Shown: positions 53,195 through 64,000 of the stretch, piece after piece | How positions within the stretch are numbered: the stretch's first letter is position 1 | Layout: each line of letters starts with the position of its first letter | DNA from: the human T2T-CHM13v2.0 reference genome, Homo sapiens | Length of the DNA: 64,000 nucleotides | Direction: 5' to 3' (one strand) | NCBI RefSeq assembly: GCF_009914755.1 | Contig: NC_060947.1 | Notes under the pieces: generated by a model | Database searches by the model: none | Told to the model about the DNA's origin: nothing | What the model saw: the letters and a program-made list of their open reading frames with translations, nothing else | Translations under genes and position numbers: made by a program

Positions 53195-54230
53195 ATATAG
53201 AATAAAAAAATGAACGCTAAATCTTACCTCACACCATACACAAAAATTAACATGAAATGGCTCATAGGGCTAAAGATAAAAGCTAAAGCTATAAATCTTT
53301 GGGAACAGGGGTAGATAAAACAAACATGGCCCCTAGACCACATGTGGCCTACTGTTGGTGTTGGCAGGCACTTAAGCTAAGGAATTTTTAAATATTTTTA
53401 AAAGAGAAGAGGAGAGGAAAATATGCAACAGAGACCATATGTAAACCTCAAAGCCTAAAATATTTGTTATCTGGTCCTTCACAGAAAAATTTTTCTGACC
53501 AAATTACAGAAGGCAACAAAGGAGAACTTCTTTCCAACCTATAGATGGTCAAAGGGTTCATACATAATACACAAAAGGCACAAATCGTAAATGAAAACAT
53601 CAATAAAGTGTACATCATACAAATTAAAAACTAACTTCAGCTCTTTGAAATACTGTTATTAATATGAAAAAGCAAGTAATTGATTGGAAGAAAAGATTCA
53701 CAATTCACATACCTGTTGTGGGACTTGTATTCAGAGTATATAAATACTTCTTACAATTCAATAATTTACAAAGCACAACAAACACATTGGGAAGAGTTTT
53801 GAGAAGACACTTCACGGTAGAAGATATGAGTGTGGACAATAAGCCCATGAAAAGATGTAAACCATCATTAGTCACTCAGGAAATGAAAATTAAATGTACA
53901 ATGGTGAAATTTATCATGGCTAAGATTTTTTAAAGATTTAAAATACCAAGTCATGGAGATGATGTGGTACAATCAAAACCCTTGTACCCTGCTGTTGGAG
54001 ATGTAAAATGGTATATAATTTTGGAAAAATTTTGGTTGCCTGTGGCCAGGTTTAGAGAGAACAGACTAGAAAGGGAGCTTAAGGGAATATTTTGGGTTAT
54101 GGAAATATTGTACATTTTTATTATTGTGATGGTTACACATGCATACATACATGTCAAAACTCGTTGAACTGTCATTTAAAATGGATATACCTTATTGTAT
54201 ATAAATTGTAACTCAAGAATTCTTTTAACT
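53195..54230 (+). mobile_element. Ancient L1ME-type 3' fragment
   Basis: cctcacaccatacacaaaaattaac; the 53664 ORF resembles the ORF2 C-terminus; 3' UTR gtcaaaactcgttgaactgt. Confidence 0.7.
53306..53502. mobile_element. MER58-like hAT element
   Basis: caggggt...caacagagaccatatg...caaagcctaaaatatttgttatctggtccttcacagaaaaa...ctgacc. Confidence 0.75.
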
Positions 54231-54311
54231 TAAATGCATATGAGAAAAGCAAGTAAAGTAATATAGGTGAAATAAAGACAAAATTTCAGGGCCTTGTTTT
54301 AGGCCTACTTT

Positions 54312-55154
54312 CGAAGCGAGATATTTCCCTGAAACCTTCGCAGGACTCACAACAAGGGTACCTCATTTACTCAGCCTGCCACTCTAAACTCCTCATAGGA
54401 GGGAGCACATGAGTAAAGGAGGTGGGAACTGGAGTGCACAAGCTCTGGAACTGGCAAGCCGCTTCTGCACTGGCAGGCGCGAACTCTGTGTGGGCCCCGC
54501 GGCAGCATCCAGATGGTAGTGCCTGCGACCCCCACATCCCCAGAGGGCGTGTTACAGTGCTTTTTTAGCTCTGCCATCCAGGGACAGCATAAGTGTTCAC
54601 AGCTCAGTGGGCCCTTTGCCTTTTCACGTGAGGTGGCTGTCCGCCAGCAAGGGCAAAGAGCCAGTTTGACAGCCTTTTGTATCCACACTCGTGGCTCACA
54701 AGCTCTTGTCCAGCATCCAGGAAAAATGAGGTCACATGAACAAACTGAAGGATGGTAAATGCAGGGGATTTTATTGCCAATGAAAGTGGCTCTCAGTGGG
54801 AAGGGGAGCAGAAAAGGGGATAGGGAGGTAGGTAATCTGCCCCTAAAGTCCAACCATCTCCAGCCATCAAGCTGTCCCTCTGAAGTTAAGCCGCTTCTCT
54901 CCAACATCCAGCCACAGTCCCTGACGTTCAGCTGCTTTTCCTCTCTTCTGGCTGAGTCTGGAGCTTTTATAGGCACAGGACTAGGGGTGGGACAGGCCAT
55001 GGATAGTATAGGAAAAGGCAACATTCGAGTAGGAAAACAAGGATAGAAGTTCTCACTTTGGGCCATGGGCTTCAGGCTTTTTGGCTTGAAGGTGGGGTTT
55101 TGTCGGGGACCCACCCTTTTCTGCCTAAACTTTCTTGGCCCCCTGTCTCTATCA
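54312..55154 (-). mobile_element. GC-rich ERV1 solo LTR (LTR27/LTR28/MER52 group)
   Basis: (t)gaagcgagatatttccctga start and cctgtctctatca end, antisense poly(A) signal ttttattg, near-TSD cttt/cctt. Confidence 0.8.
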
Positions 55155-55289
55155 CCTTCAAAAGTAATATAGGAAATTCTCAAAGGAAACTCCATTAGCA
55201 AAAATTAAGTGAAGAAGCTGCCAGGAATATCTTCATAGAAGTTTCTCAGGAAGAAGTCTAGAGGAAGCTGGTTCCTAAATAAAGGAGAC

Positions 55290-55800
55290 ACTGTTGACTG
55301 TCTAGTAGTTATTAATCCCTTATTACTTGGTGCTTAAACCACAATTTATTCATGAGTCTGATCTCTCTACCATGGACTCACGGGTAATTCCTGAGTATTT
55401 TAATGTAATCACGGTGATCTCTTAAATATGGCCAATGCTTGGTTTATAAGTGGGCATGTGATTCATTTCTGGCCAATGAGGCATAAACAGAGGTCTATTG
55501 GAGGTTTATGGTAAAGAAATTTTTCTTCTTATACAGACATAAAGAAGAAAAAAATATCCCTCTTTTTCCATTGGGCATTGTCCTTTCTGGGCAGCCATCT
55601 TGTGGCCAAGAGGGAAAATAGCCCAAGGCCAATACTGTCACACTGAAGGTATCAGAGCAGAAAAATGGCAAAGAATCTGGATCCTTCATGATATTATTGA
55701 GTCAATTAAATGACCTACACAGGATATGCCTATTCTCAATTTCTTATAATGGGGGAAATAAATTTCTTCACTGTTTATACCACTTTTGTCTAGGTTTTTT
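55290..55800 (+). mobile_element. Old MaLR LTR (MLT1I/J-like)
   Basis: gggcatgtgattcatttctggccaatgag, ggcagccatcttgtggccaagaggg and agaatctggatccttcatgatattattgag motifs. Confidence 0.7.
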
Positions 55801-57065
55801 GGGGATTGAAGAAGATGAAGACATTGCAACTAATAATGACACTGCTACTACGGTTGTAGGAAGGAACGCACTAAGGAATAACCAGGTAGCTTGGCGGCCG
55901 GAACTATCCATACAGCAAACAACATTTCAAAAAAAACTTATTGACATCAAGTTAAGAATGGAAGATTAACTACTATAAAGATCTAGAGTAGACTAAACCT
56001 AAATAGGCTCCACTTGACAAAAACACAGCTTAAATGAAAAGAAAAACAATACTTTGTGTTAAGTATTTGTGCACCCAGGCTGAGATGGAAAATTGAGATA
56101 ATTATAAAAACAATTTTCCTTTTCTTGAATTACTTGGGCCTTTCTTGAAAAAACTGTGAGTTGCATATAAGTACATTTTGAGAGCAAAAATAAGCGTACA
56201 TGTGAAATGCATACATTAATGAAATTATTTTTATGTGAAATGGATTTCTCAATTATAAGTGCTACATTTAACTTCCTAAAGTATTTAAATGAACTTATTC
56301 GGTCACTTGATTTTGCATATGTAGACAGAGATATAAAGTTTCAGCTTTAATTATAAGTAATACAAACAACATGGACCTCCTCTAGCACTTGTAAAATTTA
56401 GCTGTGCTAAATAATGATAATCCTTACTATGTTTCAAATACTCCCTGAGGTACGTATACAGTAACATTATTCTATCTGCTTTGCAGGGAGAGTAAACAGA
56501 GAAGGTCACAAAAAAAGAACAATTAAGTGACTCACCCTAGATTATTTAACAGAAATGACCAGATGGAATTGGGAACAGAATTAGAATCAGAATTCAGTCA
56601 TGGATTGATCTTCAGCCTTTTAACAAGAATACCAAACTTCATACTTTCCAGAAAAGAAAGAAATGACAACATGCAATACTTTGAAAAGCAGGGTTAGTTT
56701 ATTTGCAACTGTGAAAAATACATCAGTTTGTTTTCCAACATACATCTCCAAAGCAAAGAAAATGAGGCCAGATAAGCAGGAGGGCATTGTACTTCTTCAG
56801 TTGCAGGAAATAAACTGGTTGAATATCAGCCTTTGAACATTGACGTATTCCCTGAACAATACATTAAAAAAGAAGAAAGTAAGGTATTCTAATCAATGGG
56901 CTAAGTAAGCAGCTGAGACAAGGAAGAATTACAATTCATAATTAAATAATTGCATTGACTTATTTATGTGGGACATACGGCAAACTAATTTTATTTGCAG
57001 AAACGGATGAAGAAGATGATACAGAGCCACGCTGCAGGACTATTTTGATAAAGAAGGAAAAAAGC

Positions 57066-57456
<391 letters not shown>

Positions 57457-58980
57457 CTAAACTCTTTGTTTCCATTGGGCATTGTTCTTGTGGTAAGGAC
57501 AGGACAGACAAATTTAGAGTTCTACCCAGTAAGACAGCACATGTAAATAAATAGTCTATCCTCTCTGTTTGAAAGATAATTCCAAAAACAAACACACTAT
57601 CCAAGATACACATGCACATTTACAGAATACATATTTCTGTCATGTCTATACATAACTGAAGTTTATTTAAATGACTGAAACAGACTAAAATAAATGTCTT
57701 TTTCTAATTAAAAGTTATTTTCTATGCTAGAAAAATATCCTAGGATACTAACTATATTTAATCAACATTTATTCCTTAATGTCTATTTCATACTCTGAGT
57801 TAACATTTTTTCTATTATTTGAAACTGTTCCTCAAGCCCTGTTTCCTCACACATAAAAATTTTCATAACTCAGGCCCTTGCTCTGTCCTGTAGTAATTCA
57901 TCCTATAGTTTTCTGCTACTAATGGGATACTTTGTTACTCTTCCCCTCCTCTCTATTCTCCACATAGGAGTCCAATTTGAATAGAAGTTTCTAGGTGCAC
58001 TCAACATTTGACAAAGCTTAGAAACCATGGAAAGTGCACTTAATATTAGCCTGTCAAAGCCCCAGCTTGTTCATGACTAATAGGCCTTTAGATGAGTAAA
58101 TAAACCTCACTGAGCATTCATTTTCTCTAGCTATGAAAGCTGTGTAACAGTACCTCCAGCCTAAGGTTGTTAGAATTCCATGAGAGGAAGTATATAAAAG
58201 TATTGTACTTTGAAAATGGTAATGTACTACCATTAGTATAGATGTAGGGCACTATTGTTCCTCTGCAAGTCAGGAAGACTAACTCCAATTAGGGATGAGA
58301 ATTCAAAGGTCTGAATTGTAGCCAGTGGGACAAACAGGTGTGAGACACCTCTCACATTATACTACACATGGGGCCACCAGGCATTGCATCAGGCCTAATA
58401 AATCCTGTCCTACAATGCAGATTGTAGAAGAACATGTTTATGGGAATTTAAAAAAGTGGCTTTTTAGCTCTCTATCCTATTTGTATTGAAAATAACCTCA
58501 ACTAAATATATCTTGCAGAGAAGTTATTCACATGAGTTTCAGATACCACCTGCATGCATGAAAAATGCATAGGTCTGTGTGGGCGTATGTATGTCGATGT
58601 ATTAGGACTGGAATTTTGGTGCTGCCATAGTATTTCGGTGATGCCTGAAGTGGCTGTTTAATATCCTAGAAATATGTGATAGAGATGGCATAGAACTATT
58701 TTCTATTCTTAGTTAAGTATATTTTTCAGATTGTATTAGTTCTACTCTTTACATTTTAGTGAACAATTGTATTTTTTTGTTAATTATTAACTTTCAATTG
58801 AGACCTCAAATTCACGAATTTGACTTCTTTCCTGATAGTGATCCCCTGAAATTATTGCGTTCCATTTTTAAAAAGCTTTGTTGACATATAATTCACATAC
58901 TTTTAAACTGTACATTTCAGTGGTTTATAATATATTCACAGTTGTGCAATCATCACCACAATCTAATTTTAGAAGATTTT

Positions 58981-59281
<301 letters not shown>

Positions 59282-59714
59282 TAGAACATTTTCATCACCC
59301 ACAAAAAAACTCTGTGCCCATTAGTAGACACTCTACATTCCCTTACGGCATCCCAGCACTCAGTCCTAGGCAACCAATACACAAATATCTGTCTCTATAG
59401 CTTTGCCTAATCTGAACATTTAGCGTAAATGGAACCACATAATATATATTCTTTTGTCACTGTCCTCTTTCACTTAGCATACAATTTTCACACATTTTCC
59501 ATGTTGTTTCATATATCCTTACTTCATTTCATTGCCCAATAAGATTCCATTATAGGGATATACCTCACTTTGCTTATACATTTATCTACTTATCAGTTTA
59601 CGGACATTTGGATTTTTTCCTATGTTGGGGCCATCATAAATTATGCTGCCATGAATACTCGTGTGCATGTTTTTGTGTAGTCATGTGTTTTCATTTCTCT
59701 TGGGTATATATCTG

Positions 59715-59759
59715 TTAAAAGTAATGGCAAAAACTGCAATTACTTTTGCACCAACCTAA
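59715..59759. mobile_element. Half MADE1 (Hsmar1-derived MITE): one TIR plus spacer
   Basis: ttaaaagtaatggcaaaaactgcaattacttttgcaccaacctaa. Confidence 0.88.
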
Positions 59760-60336
59760 TTGAAAACGAATTGCTGAGTCATATGATAATTTTATGTTAA
59801 CTTTTTGAGGAACCAGCAAACTGATTTCCACAGTGGCTGCACCATTTTACATTCCCAGCAGCAATGTGTGAGGGTTCCAATTCTTTTACATCCTCAGCAA
59901 CATTTGCTGTTGTCTTTCTTTCTGATTACAGCCATCCTAGTGGGTGTGAAGTGGCATCTCACTGGGATTTGCAATTGGAAACTGGATTTGCAATTGATAG
60001 CATTTCCCTGATGGCTTATAGTGTTCAGCATCTTGTGTTTATTGGCCATCTGTTTATCTTCTTTAGAAAAAAATGTCTATTCAGATGCTTTGCCCATTTT
60101 TACAATTGGGTTATTTGTCTTGTTATCACTTCATTGTAAGATTTCCTTATATATTCTGGATACTAGACGATTTTAAGATGCATAACTTGTAAATACTTTC
60201 TCCCATTCTGTGGATTTTCTTTTCATTTTTTGATCATTTCCATTGCACAAAAGTTTTTAATTTTGATGAAGTCTAAATTATCTATTTTTTGTTCTGTTGC
60301 TGTGCTTAAATGTCATATTTAAGAAACCATTCCCTA

Positions 60337-60546
60337 CCTATTGTAACAAACCTGCTCATCCTGCACATGTACACCTGAACTTAAAATAAAAGTTGAAGAA
60401 GGAAAAAAAAAAAGATTTTTGATGGAGAATCTCATAGTCACTGGTTCATACACTGCAAAGTTTAGGATTATTGAATGTTACCATCTGCTGTTTGTTTGAC
60501 AATTTATAAAAAATAAAGTGTTCATTGCAGTTTAAAAAAAAAAGAA
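60337..60546 (+). mobile_element. Very short L1PA/PB 3' end with ~120-bp 3' transduction
   Basis: tgtaacaaacctgctcatcctgcacatgtacacctgaacttaaaataaaagtt, A tail, unique 60414-60533 with aataaa 60512-60517, second A tail. TSD aagaaacc(a/g)tt(c/g)ccta. Confidence 0.82.
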
Positions 60547-60889
60547 AAGAAACCGTTGCCTAACCCAATATCACAGCTCCCACTCATGTCTCTTAAACTT
60601 TGCTTTTTTAAAAAACATAACAGCTTTATTGATATAATTCACATACCACACATTTCACAATTTAAAATGTACAATTCAGTGGTTTTAAGTCTATTTAACT
60701 TTTTTCCCATTTTTAAAATTGGGTTTTCTTTTTGTTGATGGGTTTTAAGAGTTCACTGTATTGTCTGGATACTAGATCCTTATCAGCTTTGTGATTTATA
60801 AATATTTCTCTAATTTTATAGGTTGTCTTTTCACTTTCCTGATAATGAAAAGTTTTTAATTCTGATGAAGTCCAAATTCTCATCTAAAT

Positions 60890-62567
60890 ATTTAAATCAA
60901 TAATAGGTGAGACTCATGGTATGGTCCATCCTGGGGCAAAATTCCTCTCTTCATCTGTGAAACTGTGAAGCCAGAAAACAAGTTATCTTGTTTCAAAATA
61001 CAATGGTTGGATAGCCATGAGATAGATATTCCTGTTCCAAAAGAACAGGGAGAAAGAGCAAGAAAAGAAATATCCACAGGTCCAAAGCAAGCCCACAACC
61101 CAACAGGAATAATTTCATTAGATTTGAAGGCCTGAGAATATTCCTCTGTGGCTTGATGCTCTATTCTCTGCATCTATGGCTCTGCCTTTAGAGTAATTTT
61201 TTTCTTCACTTTGTCCTATTTCTTTCTCAATCAGTCCAGGCTGGCAACATTTTTTGTTAGTATAAAATTATTTTAAAATGTATTGGTCTCCTGTCCAACT
61301 TATGGTGATTCAAGCCATTAGAAAAGAGGGTTCCCCACAGATACTTCCTGAATAAATACGTCTCTGTTCATGATTTCTACTGAAATTGTTGATTAAATCC
61401 ATAAGACACCTAATCTCTTAGTAAGTGGTTGTCCAACCACACACCATTTCTAGAGCCACTATCTGGATGGGCTGAGAATTTTCCAAATGATCAGGTGCTA
61501 GTGAAGTAGTCTCATTGCCTGGGGTAATACCCGAGGTTTGTTGTCTCACAGCCATGGAGATCAAGGATGTGGACACACAAAGAGTGAGGTTAAGAGTGGA
61601 AGTTTAATAGGTGAAAGAAACAGAATAGCTCTTTGCTATAGAGAGGGGTACAGGAAAAATGGGTTGCCAGATCCCCAGTGAAATGCAGGGTGTTTTATAG
61701 ATGAACTGGTGGGAAGACAGTGTCTGATCCTCATAGGGTGCAAAAAACTGGTTAGGACCACGTGTGCCATTTGCATAGGGTGGGAATCTCTGGCATCCCC
61801 CACCCTAATCTTCTATTATGCAGGCAGTTTCCCACCTGAGCTGCGCTGTGTTGCCCATTTCTTTCTTACTGTACACATGCTGACAAAAAGGGTAGATGGA
61901 ACCTCCATGTTGAACATGCCTGGCCCCCAGGTACCCCTTTTCTATTGGCACAGCTGCCAGCATTCCCCTGTGCAAGCTTCCAGCTTGCTTATATATGCTT
62001 GCAGCTCAATTTCAAGCTGCTCTTTGTTAGGAAAAGAATAATTTATTGTGCTGGTTTTTTGTTAGAAGGGAAGCTCTGCTGAGGGCTCTTTTGCCCTCAC
62101 TAACTGCCTAAATAATTTCTTTCTGCCTCCTGTATTACTGGTTCCATCGTGCTTAACAGTTCATCCACCAATTTATATCTTTCCTCTTGCATTTTACTAT
62201 AAGCAGTGAAAAGAAACTGAGTGGCACCTTCCACATTTTGTTTAGAAATCTTGTTGGCTAAACATCCAAGCTCATTGCTTACAAATTTCACTTTCCTCCC
62301 AGTGATAGAATATAAGTCAGTTAAGACTCTGTCACCTTATAATAAGAATCACCTTTCCTCCAGTGTCCAATAACATGGTCATTATTTGAAGTCCTCACCA
62401 GAAGTACATTTAATGCTTATATTTCTACCAGTTCTTCAAAGCATTTGATGAATTTTCTGTTAAACACTTCAAACTTCTTCCAGGCTCTACCCATACCCAA
62501 TTAAAAAGTCAACTCCACATTTTTAGTGTATGTTACAGCAACATCCTACTCTCTAATACCAAAATTT
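60890..62567 (-). mobile_element. MaLR (MLT1) internal sequence, interrupted by an ERV1 LTR
   Basis: ctggggcaaaattcctct..ctgtgaaactgtgaagccagaaaacaagttatc and actccacatttttag...ctctaataccaaaatt abutting the MLT1 LTR. Confidence 0.8.
61502..62137 (-). mobile_element. ERV1 solo LTR (MER61/MER51/LTR25 group)
   Basis: tgaagtagtctcattgcctggggtaatacccgagg...cctcctgtatta, with near-TSD ctag/ctgg. Confidence 0.8.
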
Positions 62568-62999
62568 GCATTAGATGCCTATGTCTGTCTTAACAAATTA
62601 CCACTAACTGTGTGGCTTAGAACAATAGAGATTTATTCTGTCACAGTTCTGGAGTCTAGAAGTCCGAAACTAAGGTGTTGGCAGAGCTATGCTTTCTCCA
62701 CAGGCCCTAGGGAACAGTTCTTCCTTTTCCCCTCCAGCTTCTGGTAGTTCCTGGCAAAATTTGGCATTCTTTTCCTTATATATACACCTTCAATCTGTGT
62801 GTCTGTTGTCATATGACATTCCATTGCATATCTGTATCACTTTACCTCCTTTTAAAGGACATAAGGCATATTGTATTAAAGGCCAACCCTACTCCAGTAT
62901 GACCTCATATTAACCAATTACATTTGCAATGGTCCTGTTTCAAAAAAAAAAATGTTATGTTCTGAAGTACTGATGGGGGACATAATTCAATCCATAACA
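62568..62999 (-). mobile_element. MLT1B/C LTR
   Basis: taacaaattaccac...tcacagttctggagtctagaagtccgaaa...ggacataattcaatccataaca. Confidence 0.85.
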
Positions 63000-63059
63000 T
63001 ATATGGAGCTGTGTGTGTATGGGTGTGTATATATTCCTTGGGACCTTATATATATATAT

Positions 63060-64000
63060 AGGATTATGTTATCTGCAAATGTATATAGTTTAACTTTTTT
63101 TCTTCCAATTTGGGTGCCTTTTATTTCTTTTATTGCCTAATTGCTCTAGCTAAAACCTCCACTACAGTGTTGAATAGCAGTGATAAAAGTGGGTATCCAC
63201 ATCTTATTCTTAATTTTCAAAGGAAAACTTTCAGGCTTTCACCATTAAATATTATTTTAGCTATGGGTTTTTCATAATTGCTGTTTATCATGTTGAAGAA
63301 GTCCCCTTCTATTCTTAGTGTGTTGAGTGTCCCTATCATGAAAGGGTATTGAATTTTGTAAGATGCTTTTATTGCATCAATTAATTAAGACATTTTTTCT
63401 TCCTTCTATTAATGTGGTATATTGCATTGATTGCTTTTCTCATGTTGAACTACCCTTACATTACTGAGATAAGTCTCACTTGGTCATGGTGTATAAGCCT
63501 TTCACTATGCTGGTGGATTCTGTTTGAAAGTAGTTTGTTAAGAATTTGGCACCTATATTCATAAGGCACGTTTGCTTATGGTTTTCTTATGGTGTCTGTC
63601 TGACCTTGGTATAAGGGTAATTTTGGCTTCAAAAAATAAGTTAGAAAATGTTTCTTACCCTTTTATTTTTTGGAAGTGATTGAAATGATTGGTATTAGTA
63701 ATAATTTAATTTTTGGTATAAATAAATTAAATTCACCAGTGAAGTCATCTGGTCCCAGGTTTCTCTCTGATGAAAGGTTTTTGGTTGTTGATTCAATCTT
63801 TTTATTTTATATAGTTAGGTATGTTAAGTTTTCTATTTCATCTTGGTTCAATTTTGATAAATTATATGTTTCTAAAAAATTTTCTGCTTCATCTAGGCTT
63901 TATAATTTTTTCAGGTACAATTGTTCTAGTACTCTCTAATAATCATTTGTAATTCTTTAGGTCAGTGACAATATTTCCATTTCATTTCTAATTTTAGTTA
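63060..64000 (-). mobile_element. Old L1M ORF2 (RT region) fragment running off the window
   Basis: gattatgttatctgcaaat, ctccactacagtgttgaatag and aattcaccagtgaagtcatctggtccc antisense ORF2 motifs. Confidence 0.85.

Noticed and set aside
54371-55201. 276-aa minus-strand ORF
   Set aside because: It lies almost wholly inside a GC-rich ERV1 LTR, has a non-ATG start and shows no recognisable domain.
55794-55884. Acidic exon-like segment GIEEDEDIATNND ending CAG|gtagct
   Set aside because: The acceptor lies in an MLT1 LTR end, the donor is weak and I recognise no homology.

Overview
This is hominine (most likely human) genomic DNA, judged from an SVA_D-type element and an L1PA2. It is AT-rich and dominated by nested transposable elements: L1 of many ages, Alu J/S/Y, ERV1 and MaLR LTRs, Tigger3, MER58, a half MADE1, and MIR/L2. 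I see no intact protein-coding gene, and nearly all ORFs in the track are L1 ORF1/ORF2 fragments or chance frames in repeats. The non-repeat signal has three parts. (1) A 5'-truncated, internally deleted processed pseudogene of ZRANB2 (minus strand, ~21.4-23.1 kb) copied from the alternative-exon isoform. (2) A chain of phase-compatible minus-strand exons (49.3 kb to ~23.1 kb) that looks like a decayed multi-exon gene, with weak recalled resemblance to C1orf141. (3) A tandemly duplicated plus-strand candidate terminal exon (1685 and 2660) that would encode a hydrophobic, GPI-signal-like C-terminus. Mechanistic oddities include apparent gene conversion between two inverted young L1s (shared nonsense codon), serial 3' transductions in the SVA tail, an L1 3' transduction, two twin-primed L1 inversions and a 21-nt retroposed small-RNA-like insert. 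I found no evidence for a wholly new biological system. Subfamily names come from recalled consensus motifs and need RepeatMasker/Dfam confirmation.
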